Source: Azolla caroliniana (lineage: Eukaryota > Plantae > Polypodiophyta). Taken from it: a DNA stretch of 64,000 bases. The notes beneath the pieces were generated by a model. The model had not been told where the DNA came from. It worked only from the letters and a program-made list of their open reading frames with translations, and made no database searches. Positions 22,654 through 34,900 of this stretch are shown piece by piece; position 1 is the stretch's first letter, and the number at the start of each line of letters is the position of its first letter. The position numbers and the translations under genes were made by a program. The stretch covers positions 13,764,001-13,828,000 of the forward strand of contig JBHGNT010000013.1 of NCBI GenBank assembly GCA_043228905.1, read 5' to 3'.

Positions 22654-22910
22654 ATGCTTGTCCTTGTAAATATATTGTGTGTGTCTTTGCGCTCCACAAA
22701 AAACATTGAATTTATTACACACAATATGCATCGACGTGGAGCATACATTCACATGGAGCATGCATTCACATGGAGCATGCATTGAATTTATGATGAAGGT
22801 GGAGGAGAAGAAGAAGCACATGGGTGTCTTTGGTGTGGTAAAAATTGAATCACATCCTTCTTTGTTATGTGGTTGTGCTTGTTATAAAGAGAATGAGATT
22901 GTGCTTATTG

Positions 22911-22970
<60 letters not shown>

Positions 22971-23058
22971 AAGAGAGAGATTGCTTGTCCTTGTAAAGAT
23001 ATCATGTGTCTTCACGCTCCACCAAAAACATTGAATTTATGACACACAATGCACATCA
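22482..23058. repeat. Tandem duplication of the PPO promoter/5' end, each copy with a (GA)n tract
   Basis: 22482-~22732 aligns with 22790-~23058. Confidence 0.85.
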
Positions 23059-24689
23059 AAGTTTCCATGTCCTTTCTTTACCTTTATGAGTTTGGAAGTG
23101 AATGGACATCAAAGTAGAGAATTCTTTTTATGATTGTATTTTCTAATCTAGGATTGATCCACAAGCTTTGTTGAAACACGATTGGTCATTCTAGCTGACA
23201 AATAGCTGTAAGCACTCAATCATTTGGCCTCTTTTACTGAAATGAATGGTTTTAATTCGTGACAATTTATTGTAAGCACTCTTTTTTTAACCAAAAAAAC
23301 AATGCTTCGCATTTTTTTTCCTAAAGTCGTTCTCTATATGCACCTCCCCTTTTTCAATAAAATAATAAAAGAAGTCTTCACTTCCCCATTATGATCTTAA
23401 ACTTATACAATAAAAAAACACACGCACACATCCTCATCCACATGTAGATAAATGTGTACGCAAATGTACCCATATACACATGTACACACACGCACACGCA
23501 CGCACAGAGATTCAATTTACAAACAAGTACACATAACACTTATTGAAACATAAACTATAATAAACATATAATATAAACACCTATACAATATTTATACTAT
23601 CCCTTAGACAATAACGCACAATTACATGTATACACTGATGCAAATACCTATAGGCTATGAGCTTATACAACCAAACACATTTAACCAAGCATATCCCAAA
23701 AACATGAGTGCACATGTTCGAATCTTGTGCATACACCATTATTATTCCATGATTACAGACTTATAAAATATGACATCTTACACATCTACATATTCCGATG
23801 TTGCGTTGTTGCACACGCACGTGCTACTCGGGCGGAACCATGACGGTCTTGGACTATAGAGCCTGGAAGTGGAAGGAGAGAGAAGGCTCATAGCTTGATT
23901 TAGCTTCACAAGCTTTGGCGCTCATTGAGTGTTGCCACTTGTTGAGTGTTTGCTCGACAAGCTTAGTCGCTTAGCTTCCGAATGGATCCTTGGCTAAGTT
24001 AAGCCAAGTAGAGAATCAACATGAGTACGAAGCAAGGGTTAAAGATCAGTAACAATAAATCACTAGACTATGACAATTTTAGTCAAGGTAAGAACAAGCA
24101 ACGAATTTTCAATGTATGATTACAAGGCTTAATAACATAAAAATTGTCTTAACTAATGGAAGTAGTGTTTTTTTGGGGAAAAAAAAAACATAACAATTGT
24201 ACCACGAAGAAAGAAAACATCTTCGAGCAAAACACGAGCTCAAAGACGACTAGAAGGAAGGGAAGATGGTGCAAAACAATGGTGTCGTGATGTGGTGTGT
24301 CAACGGTGAGAAAACCAGGTGAAAGGGTGCTAAATAGGGGTGTTCAAGCGTGGAAGGAAAAGGGACGAAGAGGGGAAACATAAGCATGTGAACAAAGAGA
24401 AAGTATGCGTAAGTGAGGAAGAGAAAAAGTACAAGAGAGAGGAAGACACATGTGTGAGGAAGGGAGGAGATAGACAACACAAGTAGTTAGGAATTAACGT
24501 ATAAGTATGACAACACAAGTAGTTAGGAATTAGCGTATAAGTATAACACTAAGTACTAGGTACACAATATTTGAATGGCGTGTTTTAAGTAGCTTTATTC
24601 CCTTTTGAAAAGAGGGAAATTTGGGCATTAAATGTAAAGTGGTGCCCTCCTCCCCTTGTTTCCCTATAAAAGGAAAAGGAGGGCCCCAT

Positions 24690-25006
24690 CAGTGTTGCCT
24701 TTTGACGGCTGTTTTGAACGTTTTTGGCAAATTTAACCGTATATGAAGGTTATTCGAAAATGAAACCGTCAATCTTGACGGGCATATATTTTATAAAAAC
24801 ATAAAAATGAAGGTTAAAAATTTGTTAATACCATCAAATTTTGATAAGGCTAAAACAATAGTACGTGTATTAGTAGTTACAAATAACAATTCATAGGCCA
24901 TAGCATATAGTTTTTATTTAAGGAAAGTAAATGTGTAAAACATATGTTATGTGATATGATAAAAGAGAAGGAAGATAAACTTAAGGTTTCTCCTATTCTC
25001 AGCCCA

Positions 25007-25059
<53 letters not shown>

Positions 25060-25751
25060 TTGCTTCTACTTCTTTTTTTATTTTTCTCTCACTCTCTCCC
25101 TTACTTTGATCAAGTTGTACTTTGTTCTTTCTTTCTTTCCCATTCTCTCTCTCACTCACAAGTTATAATTGATCATTGATGGAATACATCCATAACTTCG
25201 CAACTCTCACACACAAGTTATAATTTATCATTGATGTCAATGCATGTCTTCAATTTTTACATGATGCAAAGGCTTGTGAAATGGAACTCTATAGCTTTGT
25301 TGACAATTTACGTTTAAATTGTGAAGGCTATACTATGCATAAAGCTTGGTGTATGTTTTGCAAAATGATGGATTGGCAAGATAGTTTTCTTCATTTGATG
25401 AAATTATGGCACACTACTTTGGTTATTCCATCTAGCGCGGTTTCGTGTGTGAGAGAGTTCTCTAAGCAAAATCTCATCAAAGAGATGAAAAGAAACCGAT
25501 TGAATATAGAACATTTAGATTATTTAATGCAAGTCTCATTAAATGGGCCACATATTGAAGAAATAGAATGGGATTGTGTATATGAAATTAGGAAAGATGC
25601 AAAGGATAGAAGGGTATAATATATTGTTTAGTACGAGTATTCGATGTATTTACTTTTTGAAGGGCAATTTTTTCGACAAACCATCATTTGATGAGCAAAT
25701 TTTTTGGAATACCATTCTCATGGCAATGTTAGCCGTCAAAAGGCAACACTG
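24690..25751 (+). mobile_element. Non-autonomous hAT DNA transposon (1062 bp)
   Basis: Perfect 21-bp TIR CAGTGTTGCCTTTTGACGGCT and perfect 8-bp TSD GGCCCCAT. Carries a hAT dimerisation-domain remnant (IPSSAVSCVREFSKQNLIK..RNRL) at 25281-25619. Confidence 0.95.
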
Positions 25752-26069
25752 GGCCCCATATTGTTTTCTTGGCTATTTTGGGGATTTAGGCTCTTTTTTA
25801 TTTTATTTTGGGGAAAAGAATAGGTAGGAACATGGACAGAGGAATGGGTGATGCTCTTCCAACAAAAAAGTTGGACAGAAGCAACTAGTACGCATCTTGG
25901 GAATACAAGATGCACTAGTACCTACTCCGGCATGATTACTGGAGTTACATCCATGGAGAAAACGAAGTAGTGCCAGAACCAACACACAAGGATTTTCCAG
26001 CTTGGGAGTAGGCGGTAAGTAGAGTCATATACTACCTTGCATCCTGTGTGCATGACGAGATGTTGAGCT

Positions 26070-29000
26070 AAATTCATAATGCAAAGACGTCAAAGGAGAC
26101 CTAGGAAAATCTAAAGAAGATTTTCATTGTGAGTACCACGACCTGCAAGTTGCAGCTTCGTCAAGAGCTCAACAATATCCAACAGAAGGATATGACGGTG
26201 ACCGACTACACCACAAAGGTCAAGGAGATTTGTGATGCCTTGGGGTCCATCAATGTGATGGTGGACGAGGAAGAAATGGTATAGATCTACCTTGGTAGTT
26301 TAGCTTAGAGGTATGGGCCGATTAGGATGGCAATTTGCACGAGGGAGAAACTGTTGACTTTCTTCGATCTACAATCGATGCGTATGGTCGAAGAAAACCA
26401 CGCATGTGCGTCAAGGAGCACACACACACTTTGACAACTAGATGTTGTACATGGAGGCATAGAGGAAATGCCGACAACAATGGACCCTTCACAAGTAGGG
26501 GGAGTCGAGGTGGTGTTGGAGACAGGCAAAACAAAGCCACCGACTGCTGGTACTGCGACCGAAAGGGTCATAGGGAAAGCAAGTTTTGGAAAAAGAAGGC
26601 CGAATCAAGCAGAGCCAAACAAGGAAATTGGCAATGATTGCACTATTCGAAGGCTCAAATTGAGCCGAAACGGGTCCAGCCTTCGTAATGAAGCACAAGG
26701 CCAATTCAATGAAGTTGAGAACCTCGAAACCGAACAAGGTGTGGTACGTGGATTCCGGCGCGTCCAATTAAATGACAACCATAAAGAGTACTCATATCTC
26801 AAAAAGCCAGAAGAGCTAGGGTCGTCGAAACCGGCGACTACACCCCTGATCCCATCGAGCATATTAAAGATGTCCCCCTAAGCCATGTTGGCTAGAAGGG
26901 GAGGTTGAGGAACATCCTTCACATCCCAACGAGTGCCAAGAACCTAGTGTAAGTCAGACAAATCATCGATCAAGGCATGCAGGTTTGGTTCACCCACCAT
27001 GGTGACTTCATCGAAGAAGAAGGTCAGATCATCGTGCGAGGGTGCTAAGAAGGGAGGATGTTCATCTTCGAGACGAACGACGTCGTCATTGCATTGATGT
27101 TTGACAAGGGACAAAAGGTTGAATCAGACATCAACTTATGGCACAAGCGGATCAGCCAAATCAACTTCCAAAGGCTTCAAGAGTTGCAAATGAAACAAAT
27201 TGTGTTCGGCTTGCCAAAGTTCAGTGGCAGGAAGGCCCAAGTTAGTGAAGCTCGTTAGCTAGGGAAGCAATGCCGGCTTCCTTTCCCCAACGCGTGAAAT
27301 TGGGGCCATAATAAGCTCGATTTGATCAGTTTGGATGTATGGGGACCGACATAGAATGTGAGCCTAGGCAGGAGTCGATATTTTGTCTCCTTCATCGACA
27401 ACTATAGTCGACATACCTGGATTTACCTCATAGAGAAGAAGCGTGACGTCTTCTCCTATTTCCAGAAATTGAAAAGCCTAGTAGAAAGAGAAACAAGGCG
27501 GAAAATCAAGTGTTTGCGGTCGGATGGCGGAAAAGAATACTCTTCTGGCCAGTTCAACTGTTATTTGCAGCAGATGGGAATTCGTCTCGAATTCAATTGC
27601 AAATATATGCCGGAACAGAACGACGTAGCCGAAAGAAGAAATCGGTCAATTATGGAAGCAACACGGGCAATGTTGGAAGAGAAGAGCATGCCCAAATTTC
27701 ACTGGGCCAATGCCGTTCGGATGGTAGTATACATTCAAAATTGGATTTCTGCACACGGAGAGGTGTTGGCGCATGAGTTGTACTTCGGAGAGAAGGGTAT
27801 TCGACATCATTGCATATGTACATGTGTCGGATGAGCAGCGGAAGAAGATGAACGCCAAGGCATAGAAGTGAATCTTAGTCGGCTACTCACATGAGCAGAA
27901 GGGGTACAAGTGCTACAACCCCTGGACGAAGCAAGTGCCAATGAGCCAAGACGTCATGTTCAACGAATCAACGTCTTGGTATTCCCTTCCGTCTCCGATT
28001 CTCGACAACTCTGTGCCGATTGTTGAAGATGAGGCTAGTGAGGTTGAGATGATCTTGGAAGAAGAAGAAATCGACACACTAGAAGAGAGTATGATTTCAT
28101 TCTGGCTAAGTGGGCCGAATGACAAGCTGCACCATGACGGCCAACCACTTGACAAGCCGACGAGCAACAAGGACTCAGCCATGCAATTTCCGTGGCGGAA
28201 GCCAAGGAAACAACTTACCCCCAAGGAGAAAGGGAAGAAGAAGATGCCGAAGCACGGAAATCTTGAAGGCACGTCGGATCGGAGTGAATCCGACAAGGCC
28301 ATGAGCGAAGATCGACCTTAGGATTTGAGGTCGGAATAGACCGAGATGGGCTTGAAATTGGCTAATGAGAAATTACACCGATCGACTCGCCACAACAACC
28401 CAACGATCCGATACAAATACAATGAGTACATGGCTCATCATTATGCATACATGACGAAAGTGGCAAAAGTCCGCGAGCCAGAAAGCTACGTAGAGGCATC
28501 ACAGGATGCCAAATGGCAATCAACCATGGAGTAAGAAATGCGGGCACTAGTCGTCAACAAGACATGGGACTTGGTTGACCCTCCTCGACACTGCAAGCCG
28601 ATCGGATGCAAATGGGCATAGAAAGTAAAATACAATACCGACGGCTCAGTCAACCGATACAAGGCTTGATTGGTGGCCAAAGGCTACGCGCAATCCCACG
28701 GCATTGACTACAATGAGACTTTCGCACCAGTGGTGAAGATGACGACAATTTGTGTGGTGTTGGCAGTAGCAGCAGCAAGGGGATGACATCTCCATCAAAT
28801 GGACGTTAAGAACGCATTTATGCAAGGGGACCTTGAAGAATAGGTATTTTTGGTCCAACCCCATGGATTTCAATCGGAGTTGAACAAGTCGGCAGTATGT
28901 GGCTCAAGAAGTCACTTTATGGCCTCAAGCAAGCCCCACGTGCTTGGAACTCCAAAATCACACAACGGCTGCGTAAGGTGGGTTTTGAGGTCTCAAAATC

Positions 29001-29317
29001 CGACTCATTGGTGTTCATCCGAAAAGGTTAAAAAGGCACGGCATGCATATTGCTGTATCCGGATGACCTGGCCGTCATTGGGGCTGACCTTGCTGAAATT
29101 AGTCGTGTCAAGTCCCAGTTGTCGGCTACATTTGAAATTAAGGATTTGGGGGACCTTGATTACTTCCTTGGGATCGAAGTGATCCACACCCCCGACGACA
29201 TATTGCTCACCCAACGACACTATGTTTTGAATATGCTATACAAATTCGGGATGACGGATTGTCGATCCGTCACCACTCCTCTTGATCGAAACCTGAAGCT
29301 TCGTCCTGACTCGGGAG
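26070..29317 (+). pseudogene. Degenerate Ty1/copia gag-pol
   Basis: CWYCDRKGH, WYVDSGAS, LWHKRIS, CLRSDGGKEY, AERRNR, HQMDVKNAF, YPDD, DLGDLDYFLGIEV; many stops and frameshifts. Confidence 0.9.
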
Positions 29318-29684
29318 TGTTAGCCGATCAACTACTCGAAGTGTAAAGGTTAGAGTCGGGTTGGACAAGTGGGAAAGGACAGAAATCAAATTGTAATTTT
29401 GGCCAACTAGAAATTAGAGTAATATAGAAAATAGAACAGTTAGTATAAGTTCTTGTCGAATAGGCAAGTGTAATATCTCGTAGAAATCTCTCAAGTTGCT
29501 TATAAAAAGGGACTAAGAGCATTATATCATTATCGGTCTATTATGGTTTAATATCTTGTAGAAATCTCTCAAGTCGCTTATAAAAAGGGACTAAGAGCAT
29601 TATATCATTACACCATCATCGGCCATTGTAGTTGTTGGGATAAGTGAGAAAATTGCAAGTAACAGGAAGCGAGTCCAACCAACA
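29318..29684. mobile_element. LTR-like segment with an internal ~52-bp duplication
   Basis: TGTTA...CAACA ends; interrupts the copia RT; duplicated TATAAAAAGG segment. No matching TSD. Confidence 0.45.
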
Positions 29685-29899
29685 CAATAAATAGAAGGAG
29701 AGGAGGAAAACCTTATACAACTAGCAATGCATATGATTTATTTAGTAACTTGACAATCCGAACTGGCCACAAATCAGAAGAAGTAGATGATGATGAAGAC
29801 TATAAAGGAGATGAGGCGTTAGAAAACAATAAAAAGAAGACCTCTCAAGGCACTCCATTGCTGAAGTTGAATCCGACATATTAGCATTCACAACACACA

Positions 29900-30650
29900 T
29901 GAAAGACAGAGGGAATCTTGCACCGATCATTAATCAATAAGACGTGGATTCTTGTTCCTCAACTGCCTAACTCCAACATTGTGAATTGTAGATGACTATT
30001 TACCAAGAAGTGTGATGCTCATGGGACTCCAATCAGATTCAAAGTTCGATTGGTAGCTCGAGGCTTTTGACAAATTCTTAACATCAACTATCATGAGACT
30101 CTCTCACCTGATTAAAAATCACATCCCCTCGTCTATTGTTTGCAATATTGTCATGCCTCAATTTGGAAGTGCATCATGTAGATATTGAAACAACATTTCC
30201 TCTTGGAGATTTAAAAGAGACTATCTACATGGAACAACCCAAAAAGATGGAAAATGACAAATATCCCGACTATGTATGCAAGCTACACAAGCCACTATAT
30301 GGATTAAAACAATCTCCAAGACTATGGTATTCCAAGCTACATAAGTTGCTCAATGCCAAGTTCACATGGCTTTACATTGAACCAAACCTATATGTATGGA
30401 AGAGAAAATTAGAATTCATCATTTTAGGAGTATGTGTGGATGACTTGCCCATAGCAAGAACTTCTGGAAAAGACATACTAGAGGTGATCAAGGAGCTACA
30501 ACATCACTTCCTGGTCAAACATCTTGGACCATTGGAGCATTTTCTTGGAATACATGTCTAGGGAAATCAAAGCCTAAGGACAATATCATTATCCCAAGCA
30601 AAGTATGTAAGCTCTCCGATATCCACACTACTCACAGTACCATGTAAGCT
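29900..30650 (+). pseudogene. Second degenerate copia RT fragment
   Basis: KVRLVARGF, HHVDIETTF, LYGLKQSPRLW, CVDD, HLGPLEHFLGI. Confidence 0.85.
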
Positions 30651-31187
30651 GACATACTAGAGGTGATCAAGGAGGTACAACATCACTTCCTAGTCAAACG
30701 TCTTGGACCATTGGAGCATTTTCTTGGAATACATGTCTAGGGAAATCAGAGCCTAGGGACAATATCATTATCCCAAGCAAAGTATGTAAGCTCTCCGATA
30801 TCCACACTACTCACAGTACCATGTAAGCTGACATACTAGAGGTGATCAAGGAGCTACAACATCACTTTCTGGTCAAACATCTTGGACCATTGGAGCATTT
30901 TCTTGGAATACATGTCTAGAGAAATCGGAGCCTAGGGACAATATCATTATCCCAAGCAAAGTATGTAAGCTCTCCGATATCCACACTACTCACAGTACCA
31001 TGTAAGCTGACATACTAGAGGTGATCAAGGAGCTACAACATCACTTTCTGGTCAAACATCTTGGACCATTGGAGCATTTTCTTGGAATACATGTCTAGAG
31101 AAATCGGAGCCTAGGGACAATATCATTATCCCAAGCAAAGTATGTAAGCTCTCCGATATCCACACTACTCACAGTACCATTTAAGCT
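30472..31187 (+). repeat. Tandem array of 4 x 179 bp derived from copia RT
   Basis: Units start GACATACTAGAGG at 30472, 30651, 30830 and 31009 and are nearly identical. Confidence 0.95.
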
Positions 31188-31379
31188 ATCATCGCGAGAC
31201 TCTCCAGAACACTGGAAAATATAAAGACTAAATTGAGTCTCAAAAGAAAATTTTACAAATGTAACAACCAGAAAAAATTTCATGGCTTCTTTTTATACAT
31301 TTGAACATGCTTTCACTCACAAGAAAGCTTCTATAATTTTCTAATTTTCTAAGTGTTTCATAATAAGAATATGGTATGT

Positions 31380-31613
31380 ATGTACAATTTCTCTTTACAG
31401 AAAATTTGACTCCCAAGCTGAATAAATAACAAAGCTGAAGTCACGTGCTTCAGTAAGCTGCTACAAAAGAGTTGTATTCTACTCATCTTCTGAAATATGT
31501 ACAATTTCTCTTTACAGAAAATTTGACTCCCAAGCTGAATAAATAACAAAGCTGAAGTCACGTGCTTCAGTAAGCTGCTACAAAAGAGTTGTATTCTACT
31601 CATCTTCTGAAAT
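31380..31613. repeat. 2 x 117-bp tandem duplication downstream of the BLISTER stop
   Basis: TGTACAATTTCTC at 31381 and 31498; the copies look identical. Confidence 0.9.
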
Positions 31614-31983
31614 ATTATACCTGCTGTTTCGCTGAATGCTCCATCAAATGAGCAATAGGAAAAAGATTTTCCGCATTTGTAGACAATGAAATCTGATGGC
31701 AGCTTCATAGGGAAGTGGTCCCATAGGGAAGTGGTCCCCAAAACTGAAAAAGCTACTCTAGATATGTACTTGGTATTTCTAGTTGAATACTAGTTCCCCA
31801 GATGTCTCAATTGCTTTTGGTAGCGTTCACCTTGCAAAGAACAGTTACTTGCACATCTTTCTGGTGAAAAAAGCCCAAGCAGTACGAATCACCAGCTGGC
31901 CTTCATCAATATACCAAATATAGTCCATCTATCTACTTGAGCATTCCACTTACAATTCCCTACGAGTTTCAGGTGCAAGCATA

Positions 31984-34900
31984 TCATAATGATTTGCTGA
32001 TATTTCTTGAAGATCCACTTGGGAAAAGCCGTGCAATCCATTCAAGCACACGCTCCACAACCTATGAATATGTTGCAATTTAAGAGTTTTAATCTGAAGA
32101 TAAGCACAAAGAAGGATTTTTCATGCCAAGCAAATTGGGTTTTACTTCAGTGCAGAAATATAAACAACAGTCAAGAGGAAGCATCTATCTTCTTATGTAT
32201 TTCATCATACCTTTATACAGAAATCAATTATACATACCTCATCTCCTTCATCAACAAAATATTTTTCTTGTTCTTTGTTATAACTTGTAGCATCTATATT
32301 AACAATGTTAGCCATATGCTGAGCAACGACTAATTCTAGTCGATGTGTTTGCAATTCAAGTTTCCTTGATAGTTCTTTATTCAATACCTGGAAATGGAAT
32401 AATTAGAAAGTTAAAAAGAATGCCCACAAATGATGATGATGATGATAAGGTGAAAGAAATGAGAAGCTGTTAAGATGATCGCCTGCAACTTAGAAGCTTT
32501 CGAAGATTCTCTTGTGAGCTTCTCCAAAAAAGAAGATTTCTCTGCTACCAGCTGAAAGAAAAACAGCACTGACAAAGTATTATGATTGACTATTACCAAG
32601 GTTTCTTGTTTCAGAGTTCTAACTAAATAAATATATCATAATTTTTCCCAGAAATGAAGCATCTAATTCTTGACATGAAGCTACGCTACATGATCGTTTA
32701 AATACAACCTATCACCCTGATCATGCCAATAAAATAAGATTGCATACCTCTGTGATGAGTATATCAATATCGTTTATCAGCCTATGTTCATCAGATGAAA
32801 GAGTTGTGGGGGAAGAAAAGCTGCCGAACTTTAATTCACGGGGTCCAAGTAGTGTCAGCACTGGCAATGATGAATTGTCTATATCCACATGTGATGATGA
32901 ATCTTCTGGTTTTACAATTGGAGGGGGTGCATCAAGGGCTGGCAAGTGATCAGAAACAATTGTAGCAAAACGATATTCTATAAAGTATTGAATGAAGTTG
33001 ATAACTACAAAACAAAAGAATTCACAGCTAGCATACCAAGATCATTAGTGGATGTTGAGATTTCTCTAGTTTCTCTTTGCACTGTTTTTGAGCCATCATT
33101 TACCACCATCTTTTGCAGCAACTTCTTATCTGCAAAGTCTCTCTCCCTTTCTCTCAGATTTCTGGCTGCAGTTTAGGTTTCTTTTGTGCTGATAATAATG
33201 TTTCCTTTTCTTGTAATTTAATGCTTTTAGGATTTCTTGCATTTTTGGGTTCCTTTCGTCTGTCTAATCTTCAGGTAACCATCTTGCTCCCTAAACGAAG
33301 GTACCCAAGGTTGGCACTTATGTCATCAAGACAACTGGCTGAAAATGGAGACATTCATTGTTGGTATGCTGAAATGTAGCAATGGTTCGAGTCACACAGA
33401 ATGAGTATAAATGCACTACCCCCGTTCCAATATAGCTTGGACTGTCCCCATCTAAATATCACCAATGTGGAAAAGAATAGAGTGATTCGAACTGATATTA
33501 TTAACTTGGAAAACAAGATAACATGGATCAGCCCCAAAATACCACTTGGTACGAAGATGGCCCACTATAAGACACTTCTTACACGCATCGGAGGATGGAT
33601 TCATCATCAACCCACCTTATATGGACATACATCTATCCTATGCGCTGCGTAGTGTGATAGGGCAGCTGCGAACTTCATCACATCAGTTACAGATTGACGT
33701 AGGCAGATATACACGACTACCTCTAGAAGAGAGAATTTGCCAATTGTGTCATCAAGGAGTGGAATCCGAAGAACACTATGTTTGTCACTGTAGTGTTTTT
33801 TATGAAAATCAGAGGGAGATACCATTGCTTCTTTAAACAAGGCTTTGGCCCACTACGCAAGGTAATGGAATATGAGGACCAACGGTGCCTAGGACTTTTC
33901 TTGCTAGAGGTGAAGAGACATAGGAAAAGTTATTGAAGGACAATAATACAGCCACACAAGCTCATCCACAAAGAACAATCACAAATTTCTTTAGCCCCAT
34001 CACTCCTACTAATGCTACAAGTCACTCACAGGATACACAAATGGGCTCCCGACCAGGACATAACAAAGGGGTTACAATTGATTGGGCAATAGTAATTTGT
34101 TGTGCACATAGGCCCCGGCCCCATGGACCACGACCTCGACACCCTTGTCATCGACAGATAAAAGCCATTATCTCCCACCATCGTAGGTGATTCCCTCGCT
34201 TCGGAGACATTTCCATTCTGGATCGACCTATGCTAGAGATCTTTCGAAGACAAAAGCTACAATATATCTAACTTGAGAATCTCACATGTGCCGAAAACCA
34301 GATTCCCTCATCTCTTTTTATCTTATATACTTTTATATTTACAAAGTATTATTTTTTTTTTGTTGTTCTCAAAGATGAGACAATTTTATATTATATACTT
34401 TTATATTTATGGAGTATTATTTACTGTTTTTTTATTTATTTGTTGTTCTCAAAGACAAGACAACACTTAAGATGTAATCTCTTGTTTGGTCTTAAAGGCC
34501 ATTTTAGCCTGTTAAAAGAGGTTAATATATCTTTCTTTCTTTCTTTCTCCCTCTCAACCAAAAATGTTGAGGAAGAGAGATGGTTACCTGAAGATTAGCG
34601 AGAGAAGAGGAAATGTTAACAGGAAGAGCTCATACGCAATGATTAATGCCTTACAATAACATTGAATTTCCGTTGTTGAAAAAAACAGCACTTTTGAGCA
34701 ATATACAAAGGAATGAAAGATAAGACTGCCAAGAACAAAAGAGGGTGCATTAACCCTAAATTTGAGAACATCGAAGCTTCATTTTAAGATAAAAAGTGAG
34801 TGGAAATCATTAATGAGGAGCTCCTAGATGAAAAAAGGTAAAAGACCAGAACCTAACAACATCAAAGCTGAACTAAAGAAAGCTTAGGTCAAAATAGACA

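Noticed and set aside
23800-24680. Possible retroelement 3' end/LTR around the hAT insertion
   Set aside because: No termini, TSD or protein motif could be supported.
30472-31187. CRISPR-like array
   Set aside because: There are no unique spacers, the units are RT-derived, and the context is eukaryotic.
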